From Selaginella moellendorffii (taxonomy: Eukaryota; Plantae; Lycopodiophyta), in contig NW_003314327.1 in assembly GCF_000143415.4 (NCBI RefSeq), forward strand, positions 733,403 through 797,402: 64,000 nucleotides of DNA, written 5' to 3'. The notes under the pieces were generated by a model. The model ran no database searches. It was not told where the DNA came from and worked only from the letters and a program-made list of their open reading frames with translations. Positions 1 to 11,435 of this stretch are shown piece by piece. Each line of letters opens with the position of its first letter. Position 1 is the stretch's first letter. A program made the translations under genes and the position numbers.

Positions 1-324
1 CTGAGGAGTCACTGATAACATGATCGTATACCAGTCCATGCTGTGCAATCACGAGCGTGAGTGTGGAACTCGGGATCGATGAGAAGGAGCTGCTGGAACT
101 CCAAGATGAGCCACTACTGGTTCTAGTGCTCCATGCTTAGAGTGCCAGCTACTTACGAAGGCAGACACAGCAGTTCACCAGAAGCTAGGACTGTACCAAC
201 CCAGGGGGAGTAAGTGATACGATCTGATCTCTAGGATGGATCAGATCGAGGGGGAGTGTTGGAGCAGGAATCAAGGCGTCAAGGTGAACTAGTATATAAG
301 ACTGTATACAACAAGCATTCAACA
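1..324 (+). mobile_element. 3' end of a copia/TRIM-like LTR element: PPT plus a 68-bp mini-LTR
   Basis: GAGGGGGAG (248-256) directly precedes TGTTG...CAACA (257-324), which contains TATATAA. It sits in the intron of the P450 fragment. The 5' part is outside the window. Confidence 0.55.
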
Positions 325-376
325 GTAGCTTTTCCTGTTCCAAGAGTGGTATTGTCTTTCGTAGAAACTACGTACC

Positions 377-720
377 AGCTTGAGCTTGTCTAGCGTTTTT
401 GCGTTGTCCAAGGGCCCCTCTCTCGCAACAAGTTCCAAAACTTCCACTCGGGCCTTCTCTTGCCATTCTGGATTCACGGCCAGGAGCACCATCACCCACG
501 AGTCAGTTGCTGTCGAGCATCGTACCGAGCAAGTCACTCCCGTGAGAGGCAGCATAGTTCTCCCGCGTGAGAGCCCGCCGCGAATCAATCTCCACACGGA
601 GCAAACGAATGGGCGGACATGACCTTTTCCAGAACCTTGGGCCTCCAAGTGGTCTACAGCATTGGGACCAAAGGATGAGGCAAGAACAGCAAGTAGCACA
701 AGCCACATTTCCATTGCCAA
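377..720 (-). pseudogene. Cytochrome P450 (CYP72-clan-like) fragment
   Basis: Hydrophobic N-terminal anchor fused to WVMVLLAVNPEWQEKARVEVLE...LDKLKL (I/J helices), followed by a GT donor. The middle of the protein is missing. Confidence 0.8.
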
Positions 721-954
721 AACGTTTTCTTTCCAAAGTGATCCAAACCTCGCGAGACTTGACGTGTTGAAGTTTGAACTTCAAACTACAGTTGCAACAC
801 AGCACCGACTAAAGAAAAAGTACTATCTTTGCTAGGTTAAAGTTTTAGTATGATTTTGTCTTGGATGTTTTTGTTCCAGTGAATGCGTGTGTCCCGTTTT
901 ACGTATGTCTTTCCAAGAAGACAATCAAGGCTCAGGACAAACACCTCTTGTGAA

Positions 955-2296
955 TCACAAGAAGAAGATGTCCTCGTATACCTCGTCCCAAAAGCCAATT
1001 GCTTTGATCCTCCGTTGCCGGAGCTTGGGAATTTCTAGGTGCTGCTCCTCCCCAGTGCGCTTGTGCCCCGCCAGCCTCTCCTCCTCCTCGGGATCCAGCC
1101 CGAGAGCGCCTCCACCGGACGGCCTGACGAGCGAGGGGCGGTAAACAACCGCCCTCCTGTAATGCACCATCTCACCGACACTGTACTGCCCCACCGCCTC
1201 GCTCTTGCCACGGATGTGAAACCACTCGCCGCGATCCAGGTCGTACACCGCGGGTGGCAAAGGCTCGCCACCGCAATCACCAAGCTTGTGGCCGTCATCG
1301 TAGCGATCGCGGCACTGTCCGGCAAGGCACAGGAGATTGCCTTCGGCCTGGCACTCCAACGTCAAAAAATCGTCCCAGTAGACATCCGTAATGTCCAAGA
1401 AGGAACTTGCAACCTCACGGCAGTGGCCACTGCTCCAAGCTTTCTCAACGTCCAAAACGCAAGAAGCCTCTCTCTTACCCGCCATATCCATCGGCTCCTC
1501 CATGCTCCACACTCTGCACTGAGGATCACCCTCCTTGATCCGAAAGGCACCAGCCACATAGCGCTCGCCCTTGTGCTCCCATACGAAAGGGACACAAACC
1601 AGGGTCGGGTCGTTTAGGAGGGGCTCCTTGTGTGGCACGATGATGCATCTAGCAGTGTCGAACAAGAATCCTTCAGGGTAGTCCGCAACCCGTGTCCAAG
1701 CCCGCGAGCTTGAGTCGTAAAAATGGTAGTTGAAGGCGTCTACAACCTTGAACTCTCCGGTAGCTGGGTCCGCGGTCATGCTGTAGACGCGACCGGAGTG
1801 CACCTGAGGCGCAAGGCGTGGGATCCTGACCCACTCGTTGGTTGCGGGATTTCCCACCACCAACTCCACCCCGGGAGAGGCATCGTCGGCCCAGCAGGGC
1901 AGCCTGCGAGGACGAGGCCATTGAGGAGGCGACGATGTCGAAGGAGCCGGGTGGGAGAGTATCTTTCATCCATGGCGGGAGTGCAGAGACGGTGCGCGAC
2001 TTGGGACTCCATACACAGATTTGCTGTGGTCGGGGGAGACGATCCCAGTTGCCGTTGTAGGCGGTGAGGAGGACATACTCCTCGTCGTCGTCGCGTTGCT
2101 GCTGCCTCCACGCTGTCCTAAACTCGGGAGATCTGATCATGGATCTCCATTCCTTGCAGACGCGGCGCGCTTGCATCAACGAGTTCCAGCCCAGTGACAG
2201 CAAGATGCGTGCCAGTAGCTCATACCCTAGAACCTCCGCGATCATTGTTACCAATACAACAGGCCTCACCGTCCTACCTACAATCTTGGCGGTCAT
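955..2296 (-). pseudogene. F-box protein with kelch/beta-propeller-like C-terminus, frameshifted (copy 1)
   Basis: F-box motif ELLARILLSLGWNSLMQARRVCKEWRSMI, then SSNGLVL and VVGNPATNEW. Two 1-bp deletions near 1905-1925 relative to copy 2 split it into ORFs 1673-2296 and 955-1869. Confidence 0.85.
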
Positions 2297-2384
2297 TCAC
2301 AATCCACGCCAGCCCTAATTATGTTTCGGTCTCTAAATTCTAGGCGTTGTCCACGTCAGCCCTAAATTCTAGCGTTGACGCTCG

Positions 2385-2420
2385 CTCCGCTTTGTAAGCG
2401 AGAGATCCGGAGTTCGATCA
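2385..2420 (+). pseudogene. tRNA-like remnant (Thr-TGT-like anticodon arm plus T-loop)
   Basis: CGC-TT-TGT-AA-GCG anticodon-like arm followed by GGAGTTCGATC (B-box). No acceptor stem or D arm. Confidence 0.3.
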
Positions 2421-2514
2421 GCGCAATAGGAGACCTTAACAAGAAAAGTGACCGGTATAGAAAACCGGACTATACTTTCGTTTTTCACGTAAAGTAATCG
2501 AAAACAAGAATGAA

Positions 2515-3500
2515 TTTACACTGTCTCGACACAGCGTTTGATTTTCTACACCATAAAAGAGTCGAGAACGTTTGGCCTTTGCTCTTCCAGCTCCGACAGG
2601 AGCTCTGTGACCACCGCTCTCGTCCCTGGCATGCCATAAAGTTCGGGATTCCGGCTGGTCGAAATTCGCAAGCTTTAATCATTGCCTCCACGGGACTGAG
2701 CATTCTTAGATCGTGTCCAGGTTGAGCCGTCAGGTGCCGGTTCCTCGGCCGAGAGCTTCTTCACCGTGAGAGGAGAAGCTCGCTGCTGCTGTAAAAGCCG
2801 TAGACTCTCAAAGATCTGAAGCGTGACCACGCCAGGGTCGTGGTTGCCGTCCACTGCTGATATTGCCTCACGTAAAACGTTCGTGTCGAGAAGGACCACG
2901 GGAGAGGGGCTGACCAGCACCATTATCTGCACCGAGAAGAGAAGCATGGCAGCGACGCTGTCTCGCACAAATACCCGCGACCATAAGGTGTTACTGGGAA
3001 TACTATGAAAAGAGTTTCAAGTACCTGGGGGCGCTGGGAAAACCCGACAGGAGTATCCAGGAAGATTATCGGCTGCACCAGAGCGATTCCTTGCCATGGT
3101 TTCATCCGAGTACCAGTTTTTCCTTTCTTGCCTGTGAACAAAGAGGGAAAACTTGTAGTGGTGAAAGAGGACCATAGCACTTTTCTGAAGGATAATAGAT
3201 CACCCAGCCGCTGTGGCAGCGCTAATTGTGTGGTAGCGGTGCTTGGAGACAAGTCGCACAGGAACCACGGCTAGGAACTCCTCACCCGTGAATCTGGAGG
3301 CTAGTAACATAAGTGGAACCACAAAGATAAACTACGGATGTACCTCGTTTCTGGCTTTGAGGATGCCTCAGATGCTCCTCCTCCATCTAAGACAAGTAAG
3401 AATCGCTTATAACCTGCATGAAATCATGCCACATAGACCAGAATCCACAAAAGTTGTCTTTATTCATTGTAGCAAGCAACACAAGATGATTACTCCTGTA
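2515..3500 (-). pseudogene. Degraded multi-exon gene, 3' part, product not recognised
   Basis: GT-AG-bounded exons join into FTGEEFLAVVPVRLVSKHRYH...QERKNWYSDETMARNR...RVYGFYSSSELLLSR...ELLSELEEQRPNVLDSF, with stops and frameshifts. Confidence 0.5.
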
Positions 3501-4424
3501 GAGTTTTGGAATCAAGGGGAAACCACATGGGAAAACTTAATAAAAGAATTAAACACTAGAATAAGAGGATAACAAGAGGAGAAAAGAAAGTGAAAAGGAA
3601 ATAAAGAAAATAGAAGAAAAAAATTAAAAACAAAAAGACAAAATGGAAACATAAAACTGAGTAGTAGAACCATTTACTTGGACTCTAACTTAAAGCTTTT
3701 GCACCTTTGGAAAGTGTTTTAGACGTAGCTCAACTACTCTTAAAGTTCCAAAGAATGAAGTGATGGAAATGAATGTGTTGCCCGAGGGTGGTAATTGTGA
3801 GAATGATGGAAGACAGCAGCCTTATAAATGAATGGTGGAAAATAATGGTGACTGAGTTAAAACATCCACCCATAGTAATGCCTGGTCTCCTTTGTGCATC
3901 AGGTTTAACTAGCTCTTAAAAATCAGCTGCTGGATGTCCTAAAGTTTCTCGTAATCTTTGCATTGAGATAGTCCACATCATATTTTGAGTTTGACAAGTT
4001 AGGTTTTGTTGATGCTTGGTGCATCTGCTGCATATGGTAATGATAAATAGAGTGATGTAATGGGATCTATAAGACTATATGTACATGGTGAGAAAAGTGA
4101 AGAAATGTGAACTAGGCAACTGTAGTGAGTGGTAAACAATGGTGTAGTGAGTAACAAAATGAATGGATTGTGACTGTGAGTGATAAAGAGTGATGATGAT
4201 GATAGATGAGATGAAACCATTTAAAGAAAACTCAGGAACCGTAAGTAACAAGCTGTGAGATGGATGAGCTCCCAAATGAAAGGAGTTGATGCAGCCTCAA
4301 AGTGAAAGTCCAAGCTAGTGCTTGCTCCATCCTAAGAATCACCCTAAACATGACAAAGAAGAGATCAAAGTGGAAGAAAAGAAAAAGAAATAAAAGAAAT
4401 AGGAAGAAAAAGAAAGTGAAACAA

Positions 4425-4700
4425 GCTCACTTCCGAAAGATCTTGAGGTGGTAGTGGTTGTGAGTGTGTGGCAACTCCTGCCCTGCCTCGTTTGTGAGGA
4501 TGTAAGCACCACCTCCTATGTGCTTCTTGATAAAGAAGGGCGCTGGAAAGGGCTTGCCTTGCCGGAACTAGTCTTGTTGGCCCTTATACCCTGCGCTTTG
4601 TGGCTAAAAGGTTTGCCATTGCATATTGCTACTTATCAAGTTGGAGAAGATCCCATATTCAAGCTTGTAGCTGCTCCTCGCTAATTGAAACTGTGCTGCA
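4425..4700 (-). mobile_element. Ty3/gypsy-type integrase C-terminal (GPY/F) remnant
   Basis: Minus-strand translation PAPFFIKKHIGGGAYILTNEAGQELPHTHNHYHLKIF fits the GPF/Y...GAYxL...NxxHLK pattern. Confidence 0.5.
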
Positions 4701-6925
4701 TGTCGCAAGGTAAATTGAAGAGAAGGGACCTAAAGCTTGATTGGAAGAACAGCCTCAACTTCATAAATCAGAGAAAATGGTGTGGTAGCTAAAAAGTTTT
4801 TTACTTAAAGGCACTATTATCCTCTCTTTTATTTTGTACCACTTTAAACATTAAATTCCATTTATCCATAATTTGTGCTAGAGCTATTCATGGCTTTATC
4901 ATTTGGCTATCTTGCCGCTCCTTCCCTTGGAATTTTCACTTTTACCAACTTAGAGTATTTGGGAATTCCATCTTTGGAAATTTATTTCCTTTCCAACAAT
5001 TTATTAGCATCCACCATATGGTGGTTCCTCCCCTAATTTATCATTTTGATTTATTTCAATAGTTTCTAATATTTATTCCCAACCACTAATCCTTTGCTCT
5101 TATCGTTTGATTGTTGCACCAAATAATATAGGACCACTATTTTCATTTTTGAGGTATTCTTTTAGTTTCATAGTAAAAAAGGGCATTCACCTGTAATAAG
5201 TCTCTTTAGCATTTTTTGTTATGGGCTCTATCTATAACCTAACTTTGTAACCCTCTTATAAGTCCTTAGAGATTACTTTCTTAGATTCATAATGCCATTG
5301 CTTTGCTATAGTTTATTTCCTTTAGGTTCTTTTTTATTTGGTCACCTTGACCAAGTCATACTATACCATTTGTTCAAATCACTACTTTAAACTAAAAACA
5401 CCATTTCTTAACCCACCAAGAGCTTGTCCTTGATATCAGCTATGGAATCACTTAGTGATCCCACATAGACAATTTAATAAATTTATTAATAGCACTGAAT
5501 TTATTTGATCTCTAAGTTATTTACCACAACCCCGAGGGCATCCCCCACACTTGGTAGTGTGCCCAAGCTATCCCTTTTAGCCAAGGGTTCATAGCAACCA
5601 AGATTGGGTGTCCTTATCTTATTCACCATATCTTTAGTGCCACTTGCATTAGAGTGTTCAAATTAGATATGCTAAGCTTTCACATTAAGCACTCTAATTG
5701 TGCACCATGACTTTAGGGCATCTTCTGCTTGGCGGTGTGCCCAAGACAACCTCCTTACGGAGAGTCCATGATCACCAAAAAATGAGTGTCTTCATATTCC
5801 AAACCATTACCACGCCCTAGTAGGTTGGGACTTGAACCCAAACACTAAAGGGTTGGGACTCAAACCCAGCTTTCATATAAGCATTTACAAATGGCATCAC
5901 CCAAAATGCCTAACATAACTCTCCACGCTGATGCACCAACTTATATTTAATGCACACTTAGTTTCTTCGAGCTTCCAAGTCTTCTCACTCGACAAGTTAA
6001 TTGATTAGTTTGTGATCATGCATGGACTCCTCCATATTTGGCCCCATAAATGACCCCTTTTGAAGTTAACACTTCAACTAGGTATTTGTTCCTCCAAGTG
6101 GCTAATTTTTTTTTGGCAAGTCATCAAAGCAGCGTAATGTGGTTCTTTGCATAAACATAAAAGTCTTCAAACATTAACTTTTGTTCAAAGTTATCTTTTT
6201 GAACACTCAAGAACTATTTCCCCAATTTAATAGTCTCGCCTCATGGCAAGCTTCAAGACCATGCTTCTACTGCATCACTTTGATTTTGTGCATTTCTATG
6301 AACCATTTACATTTATCTTTCTAAGTACTAACCTACCCAAAATTGTCTTTAGGAACATTAAAGGGACTTTGTCCCTTAGTTTGCTAAGGTTTTCCCTTTC
6401 AGTTTCTTAATTGCCATATGGTTTAATATCAGCAATTCCATACTTTAGACTTACCATAGGACCACAATTTCTAATAGTAACACTTTTGATCATCCACTTG
6501 ATTTTTCATTCCTAATTTGTATAGCCATCTTTAGTTATAAAGCTCTATTTCGTTAAAGTGGGAATTGTCATTATCCCACTTGTAAAATAAGGTTTCCAAA
6601 CCTTTATATAGTATATAAATATAACAAAATTCAACTGCATTGAGGCACATGCCATTTTATTTTAAACAAGCAAATGTCTACTCAATCACTTCTCCTCCCC
6701 CTGCCACTGCTTCACCTCTCTCTTCTCCTTGTCATCGTTGTCCAATTTCTTTCCATCATTTTAATATTGGCTCAGTTGCTCCGAGTCTAGGTGGAGCCCA
6801 AGTCCCCATTCAATCTTTACTTTCCCCTTATTAATAAAACAACTTCGTAGGCTTCCAATAACATGCTGTAACACTTCTAGTATAATGCAAATCCTCTCAA
6901 AGAATTGTCTTTTAATATTAATACA

Positions 6926-9900
6926 ATGGCATGGAACCCCATGCCATAATAAGTTACATTTTTAAATAAATACATGCCATCTCAGATTGTTATTTTTTGC
7001 CTCCAACGCCTATACAATAATCTTGGAATTTCATCACTCTCCACACTATCAGGATTTAAACCCAATAGTAATGCCATCTCTTCTCTAATACGTCCACGCT
7101 CATGTTCAGTGGTCGAAGAACCCATCTGGTTGAGCAGATTATGGAGATGCGGATAGTGCTTGGCTAGACAATATACATGCCATAAATGATGACTGGTGTC
7201 TGTCCGATCAAATGGCTTCTGATATACCGTTCCATCTGCCATTTGGTTGATTTCTGCAGCCACCTCCTGGACTGGCCGGTTCTCTATCACCATCGCTCCA
7301 AGCCGTTTTGCAAGGTCTCCCAGAACATATGGTTTCTTCTCCCTAGTTTCCATACTGCAAGAGATGGGGTGCACTGCATATGTGTGCGTGTTTGTTGCAG
7401 TTTTAATCGGCGAGTCATCGATGATGAAGATTTCACTTGACCTAGCAGTCCGGTTCATCACTACAGCCTCTGGCTTGACGAAGATGGGCTTGCTACCCCT
7501 CACATGGACCATAGTCAAGCAATCCTCCTGCGTTAGGAGAAAGTCAAATGGTAATATTACTCGCGTCTGATTGTGCATCATCTGTAGCAACATTAATGCA
7601 TTGTGGCGCATCATGGATGTCCAAACTCCCAATTGCAAATTGAACCCGACCCTCTATTTTAAGTGTCGCATGGTCATTATTAGATCCCGCAGTTTCTCCC
7701 GTGTGATTAATGTGAATTTGTCTCTTTTGACCAATTTGCGACCGCAGGCTTTGGAGGGTGCAGTGACATTCGAGGACGAGCCACGCTCATGGGAGAAAAG
7801 GACACCGTTCAGATCAAAAATGATACAGTACCTTCGCCATGACTCTGAAATGAAATGCGTCAGCATAAAAAATGGTACAAGTCAATTTTACCATCTACAA
7901 TATTAGCGAATGGTGCTCCCGATGGTCGTTGAGAGGGTTTTGGTCGAGGAAACGTGAAGGGCGGAAATACTCTCCTCTGCAATGTGGGGTCAATCGCATT
8001 CGATGGCGTGTGGGCACATGCCATTTTAGCTGTAGACTCTGGTACAACTGGCTCAACAGTGGCATGGGGTGGTTCCGATGGCGTGTGATCACACGCCATT
8101 TCAGCTGGTGCCTTCGTTGGCAAAGTGGACATGACCGAACAGGCAGCAGGGGTGGTGTAGGGAGGTTCTAATGGCGCGTAGTCAAACGATTGGGCACACG
8201 TTGAGTCCGTTGGAAATGAGGATACGACCGGCTCGGCAGCTGGGGCGGCCTCATGCGGGTCCAATGGCGCCTGGTCACTGTCAGTTGGATACGTGGACAA
8301 GATTGACTCAGTGGTATGGGCAGCATCAAGTGGAGCGTGGTCAGCTTGCTTGGCGTTGATATGGATAGTAGCCTCCACCAGCTCTGATGACTCTTGCAGG
8401 CAAGTAGAGTCGGACGTCGGCTTGGAGCAGGAGAGTCAAACATCGGCTTGAGCTTGACCACCCTTTTCTGCTTCGGGGTAGTTTCCAGATCGACCCCCTT
8501 CCCCTTCACTTCGCGAACTGGAGTCACTCTCAACGGCTCAATGTTGGAATATAGTTTTTGAACATCGCCGTAGGTGAGGTCCGTGGATTCCATGGGATCT
8601 TCATAGACCCGCAGCGTCTTTGAAATTGTGGGCCTCCTAGACAACCTCTCCCTATCTCCCTCTAGGAATTCCTCATAGCCGCTGCCCCCCTTCGGGAAGC
8701 CGCTAGGATGTGCAAGGTGGATCTTGAAGACGGACGCTGTCTCTACCACAAGTGCTAGTCCATATTCTTGCATGGAACTGCATGGAGTGTCTGTCACTTG
8801 GATGAGGATCCCCATGCATTCTTTTCTCCCACCATTTGTGTTGTACAGCCTCAGATCCTTGCCTTCCATCCCGAAAGTCCAACTGGTGAGCTCCTCCCCC
8901 TTCTCTGCATCCACATTGACAGTGGCTGGAAGAAGAACGCAATTCCTCGCCTGTTCAGAAATGCACAACAATTAGAGTTGACAGATGAAAAGCTAGCAGC
9001 TGGAAATAACGTGAAGCCACATGCCATTCACCACTGCATCAGATGTCTTGAGGTTGCATCCTAAGATGGCGTGAGGCTACACGCCATCTGTAACCAGACT
9101 GCACTCGAGAGCCCAATCGGTGCATGCCAATGTTGCTACTGAATGGCATGTGGCCTCATGCCATTTTCTACTTGGCCTAAAAGACTTACCATTTGAAGCC
9201 GAATGGAGGCGTGACAATCGAGGCCAGACTCGCTGGCGAATGTGCACTGTGTGTGCAGCGGATCGTAGCAGCAAGGCTACTCTGCCACTTACAGTTGGAG
9301 AGTGGCGCTGAAATCTCCTGGGACGCCAAGTGGGCTGCGTGTGGGTGGCGGAGTGGGCGGCGGAGTTGGCGGCGAAGTTACAAACTGGGTGTGTCTTGAA
9401 GTGGACGCCGATGCACACGAGCGCGATGTGGACAAACGAAAGCTAGCTATAAACATGACGGGATGCAAATAGATTACTAGGCTGGTCCTGCGAAAATAAA
9501 AAACCATAATTGAAAACATTGAAAATGCAAAAAGAAAGGTTTATAATATTTTTGAATTTTAAGCAACCAAAGGAATGTAAGTAGGGCATGTGTTTGTAAG
9601 TTTAAAAATGCCTCAACCACTTAAATTCCCAAGTAAATAAAGCTGTATTTATTTTTGGTACAGGTAAACTTTATAGCGTGTGGGTTCATGCAATTTTAAA
9701 ACCAAAAATGCACCAAAAAATGCTCGACTAGCATTATTCTTTGAATGGCGTGTGGCCTTATGTCGAGCATTATTCTTTGAATGGCGTGTGGCCTTATATT
9801 GCCATAAATGGACGTACACACACAGCATAATTATTCCTTTACACGGCGAATAATCTTGGCGCGGATCGCTGACATGGCATGGCAAAGTTCGAATCACTGA

Positions 9901-11396
9901 CATGGCACAGCTAAATCGAGGCAAGGACATGATGTGACAAAGTTCAACGTCCGACAGCAAAGTCTAGAAGCTACTCAGTTTGAAATTTGTCAAAGGAATC
10001 ATAAGATCTGGTTTGTCAGAGGATTTGATGTGACATTCAAGCGTGTGTTATTTTTGAATTCTCGAACTCATTCCTAAGTCTATCATTTTTGTGCGCCGTG
10101 TTCTTGGTTCCGCTGAGCGCAGTGAGCGCTGCTTGTTTAAGCAGCGTTGTGAGCTATGGTTTATGCGTCTACGAGCGGTTGCGGCATTGCGAGCGCCATT
10201 GCGAGCGGCAGTTTATGCAAGTGGCAGTTTGTGCGAGCGGCGCTACGAGCAGTTGCGGTGGTGCGAGCGGCGCTACGGTACCACTAATGGTATGAGGCCT
10301 CATGCCATTAGTGGTACCACTAATGGCATGAGGGCTAATGCCCATTTTGTGAATGCGAAATTTCACGTGGGTGTCAATAGCATGTTTGAATAATGGCATG
10401 TGGCCTCATGCTATTGAGGTTGTTTGGTATGTTATGATTTAGGCCATTCTCTAATCATTTTTTGTATGGTCTTAACTTCTTTTCTGCACTTTCAGAATGG
10501 CCTCCGCAAGTGCGACGCATGTTCCCTCCGTGGATCTTAAGAACCGTGCTACATGGATTCAGGCAAAGGTGTTTCTAAACAAACCCGAGGGGGAGGTGGT
10601 AGCTGAGGGCTTAGCCACAGTTGTCGATCCAAGAGATGCGGTTGCTAATCAAGAATTAGGCTGGGATGATATTGGAGTTGCGATTTTAGAAGTTGTTGAC
10701 ATAGAAGAAAACAGTCTGACTATTGGAAACATTGTGCGGTGGAAATTGAGGCACTTAGTGTTTGAGAATGTGAAGGATTCACAATCAAACACCACTACAA
10801 CTGATGACAGAACATCTCTTCATGGGAAAAGAAAGTACACCTTCCTAAAGCACAGCCAAAGGGATCTGAGCAACGAACCGAAAAGGCAGAAAATGGCGAT
10901 GGAGGTTCGAATGGTCTCGACAGTTGCTTGTTGCAAGAGGAGGTGCTGTCAACATGCTGATTGGGATGCTATTGAAGAGGAGAGAGCAAGATACAAGACA
11001 TTGTCCTGGAAGGCAGCTCGCAATTTTGTGTATGAGGCATTACGGTCATCTGTTGATGCTTCAGAACATCAGGTGGGGGGCATGGTCTTCCAGAGGGGTT
11101 TGGTCTGCATGAAGGCATGGAGAATCATTTATGGATTCCCTCGAACCACATTCTACAGAATCAAAACTGAGTTCGAGGAACAAAGGGTTCAACAGGCAGT
11201 CCATGGGAACGACGGTACTCACAAAACCAGGGGTCATGTTGTATATGGAGAGGCAATCTTCAAGAGGTTTGTCGAGACATGTAGTGAGCAGCAACCACAT
11301 AAAACCCGCCTTTTGGAAGATGGAACTCGAGACACCCAACGAGTTCTCCCTTCCATGTATACCAAGGGGGCCATATTGTGTGTGTGCGCATGCCAT
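6926..11396. repeat. Dispersed 22-bp palindrome ATGGCRTG-N6-CAYGCCAT (at least 10 copies)
   Basis: Good copies start at 6926, 8003, 8078, 9066, 9143, 10287, 10323 and 10393. Degenerate copies at about 6636, 9006, 9745, 9781 and 11375. Confidence 0.9.
6982..8971 (-). pseudogene. Transposon-borne protein: unknown N-terminus, Pro/Thr repeat linker, FCP1/NIF-like HAD phosphatase domain
   Basis: IIFDLNGVL, LGVWTS and IFIIDDSPIKTATN motifs. A 47-nt GT-AG intron (7845-7891) joins ORF 7860-8378 in frame to ORF 7654-7866. One in-frame TAG at 7654 and a frameshift near 8390. Confidence 0.75.
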
Positions 11397-11435
11397 CGCT
11401 CTTCTTTAGCTTCAGATTCAGCTTGTTCACCTTGA
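10497..11435 (+). CDS. Truncated transposase: Tnp1/En-Spm (TnpA)-like N-domain plus Sola-like Cys-rich N-terminal region; no DDE/DDD core
   Basis: VVAEG...DP...LG...W motif, then CCKRRCCQH, VCMKAWRIIYG, HGN and PH...LPSMYTK. A splice acceptor lies just before the ATG. The ORF ends about 160 bp before the right TIR. Confidence 0.65.
   Translation: MASASATHVPSVDLKNRATWIQAKVFLNKPEGEVVAEGLATVVDPRDAVANQELGWDDIGVAILEVVDIEENSLTIGNIVRWKLRHLVFENVKDSQSNTTTTDDRTSLHGKRKYTFLKHSQRDLSNEPKRQKMAMEVRMVSTVACCKRRCCQHADWDAIEEERARYKTLSWKAARNFVYEALRSSVDASEHQVGGMVFQRGLVCMKAWRIIYGFPRTTFYRIKTEFEEQRVQQAVHGNDGTHKTRGHVVYGEAIFKRFVETCSEQQPHKTRLLEDGTRDTQRVLPSMYTKGAILCVCACHRSSLASDSACSP

Noticed and set aside
2675-2968. PIN-domain-like VVLLDTNVL ORF
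   Set aside because: No other PIN acidic motifs are evident, and it overlaps a different frame of a decayed spliced gene.
6926-11396. CRISPR-like reading of the repeated palindromes
   Set aside because: Spacing is irregular (36 bp to more than 1 kb), the context is a eukaryotic transposon, and there are no cas genes.
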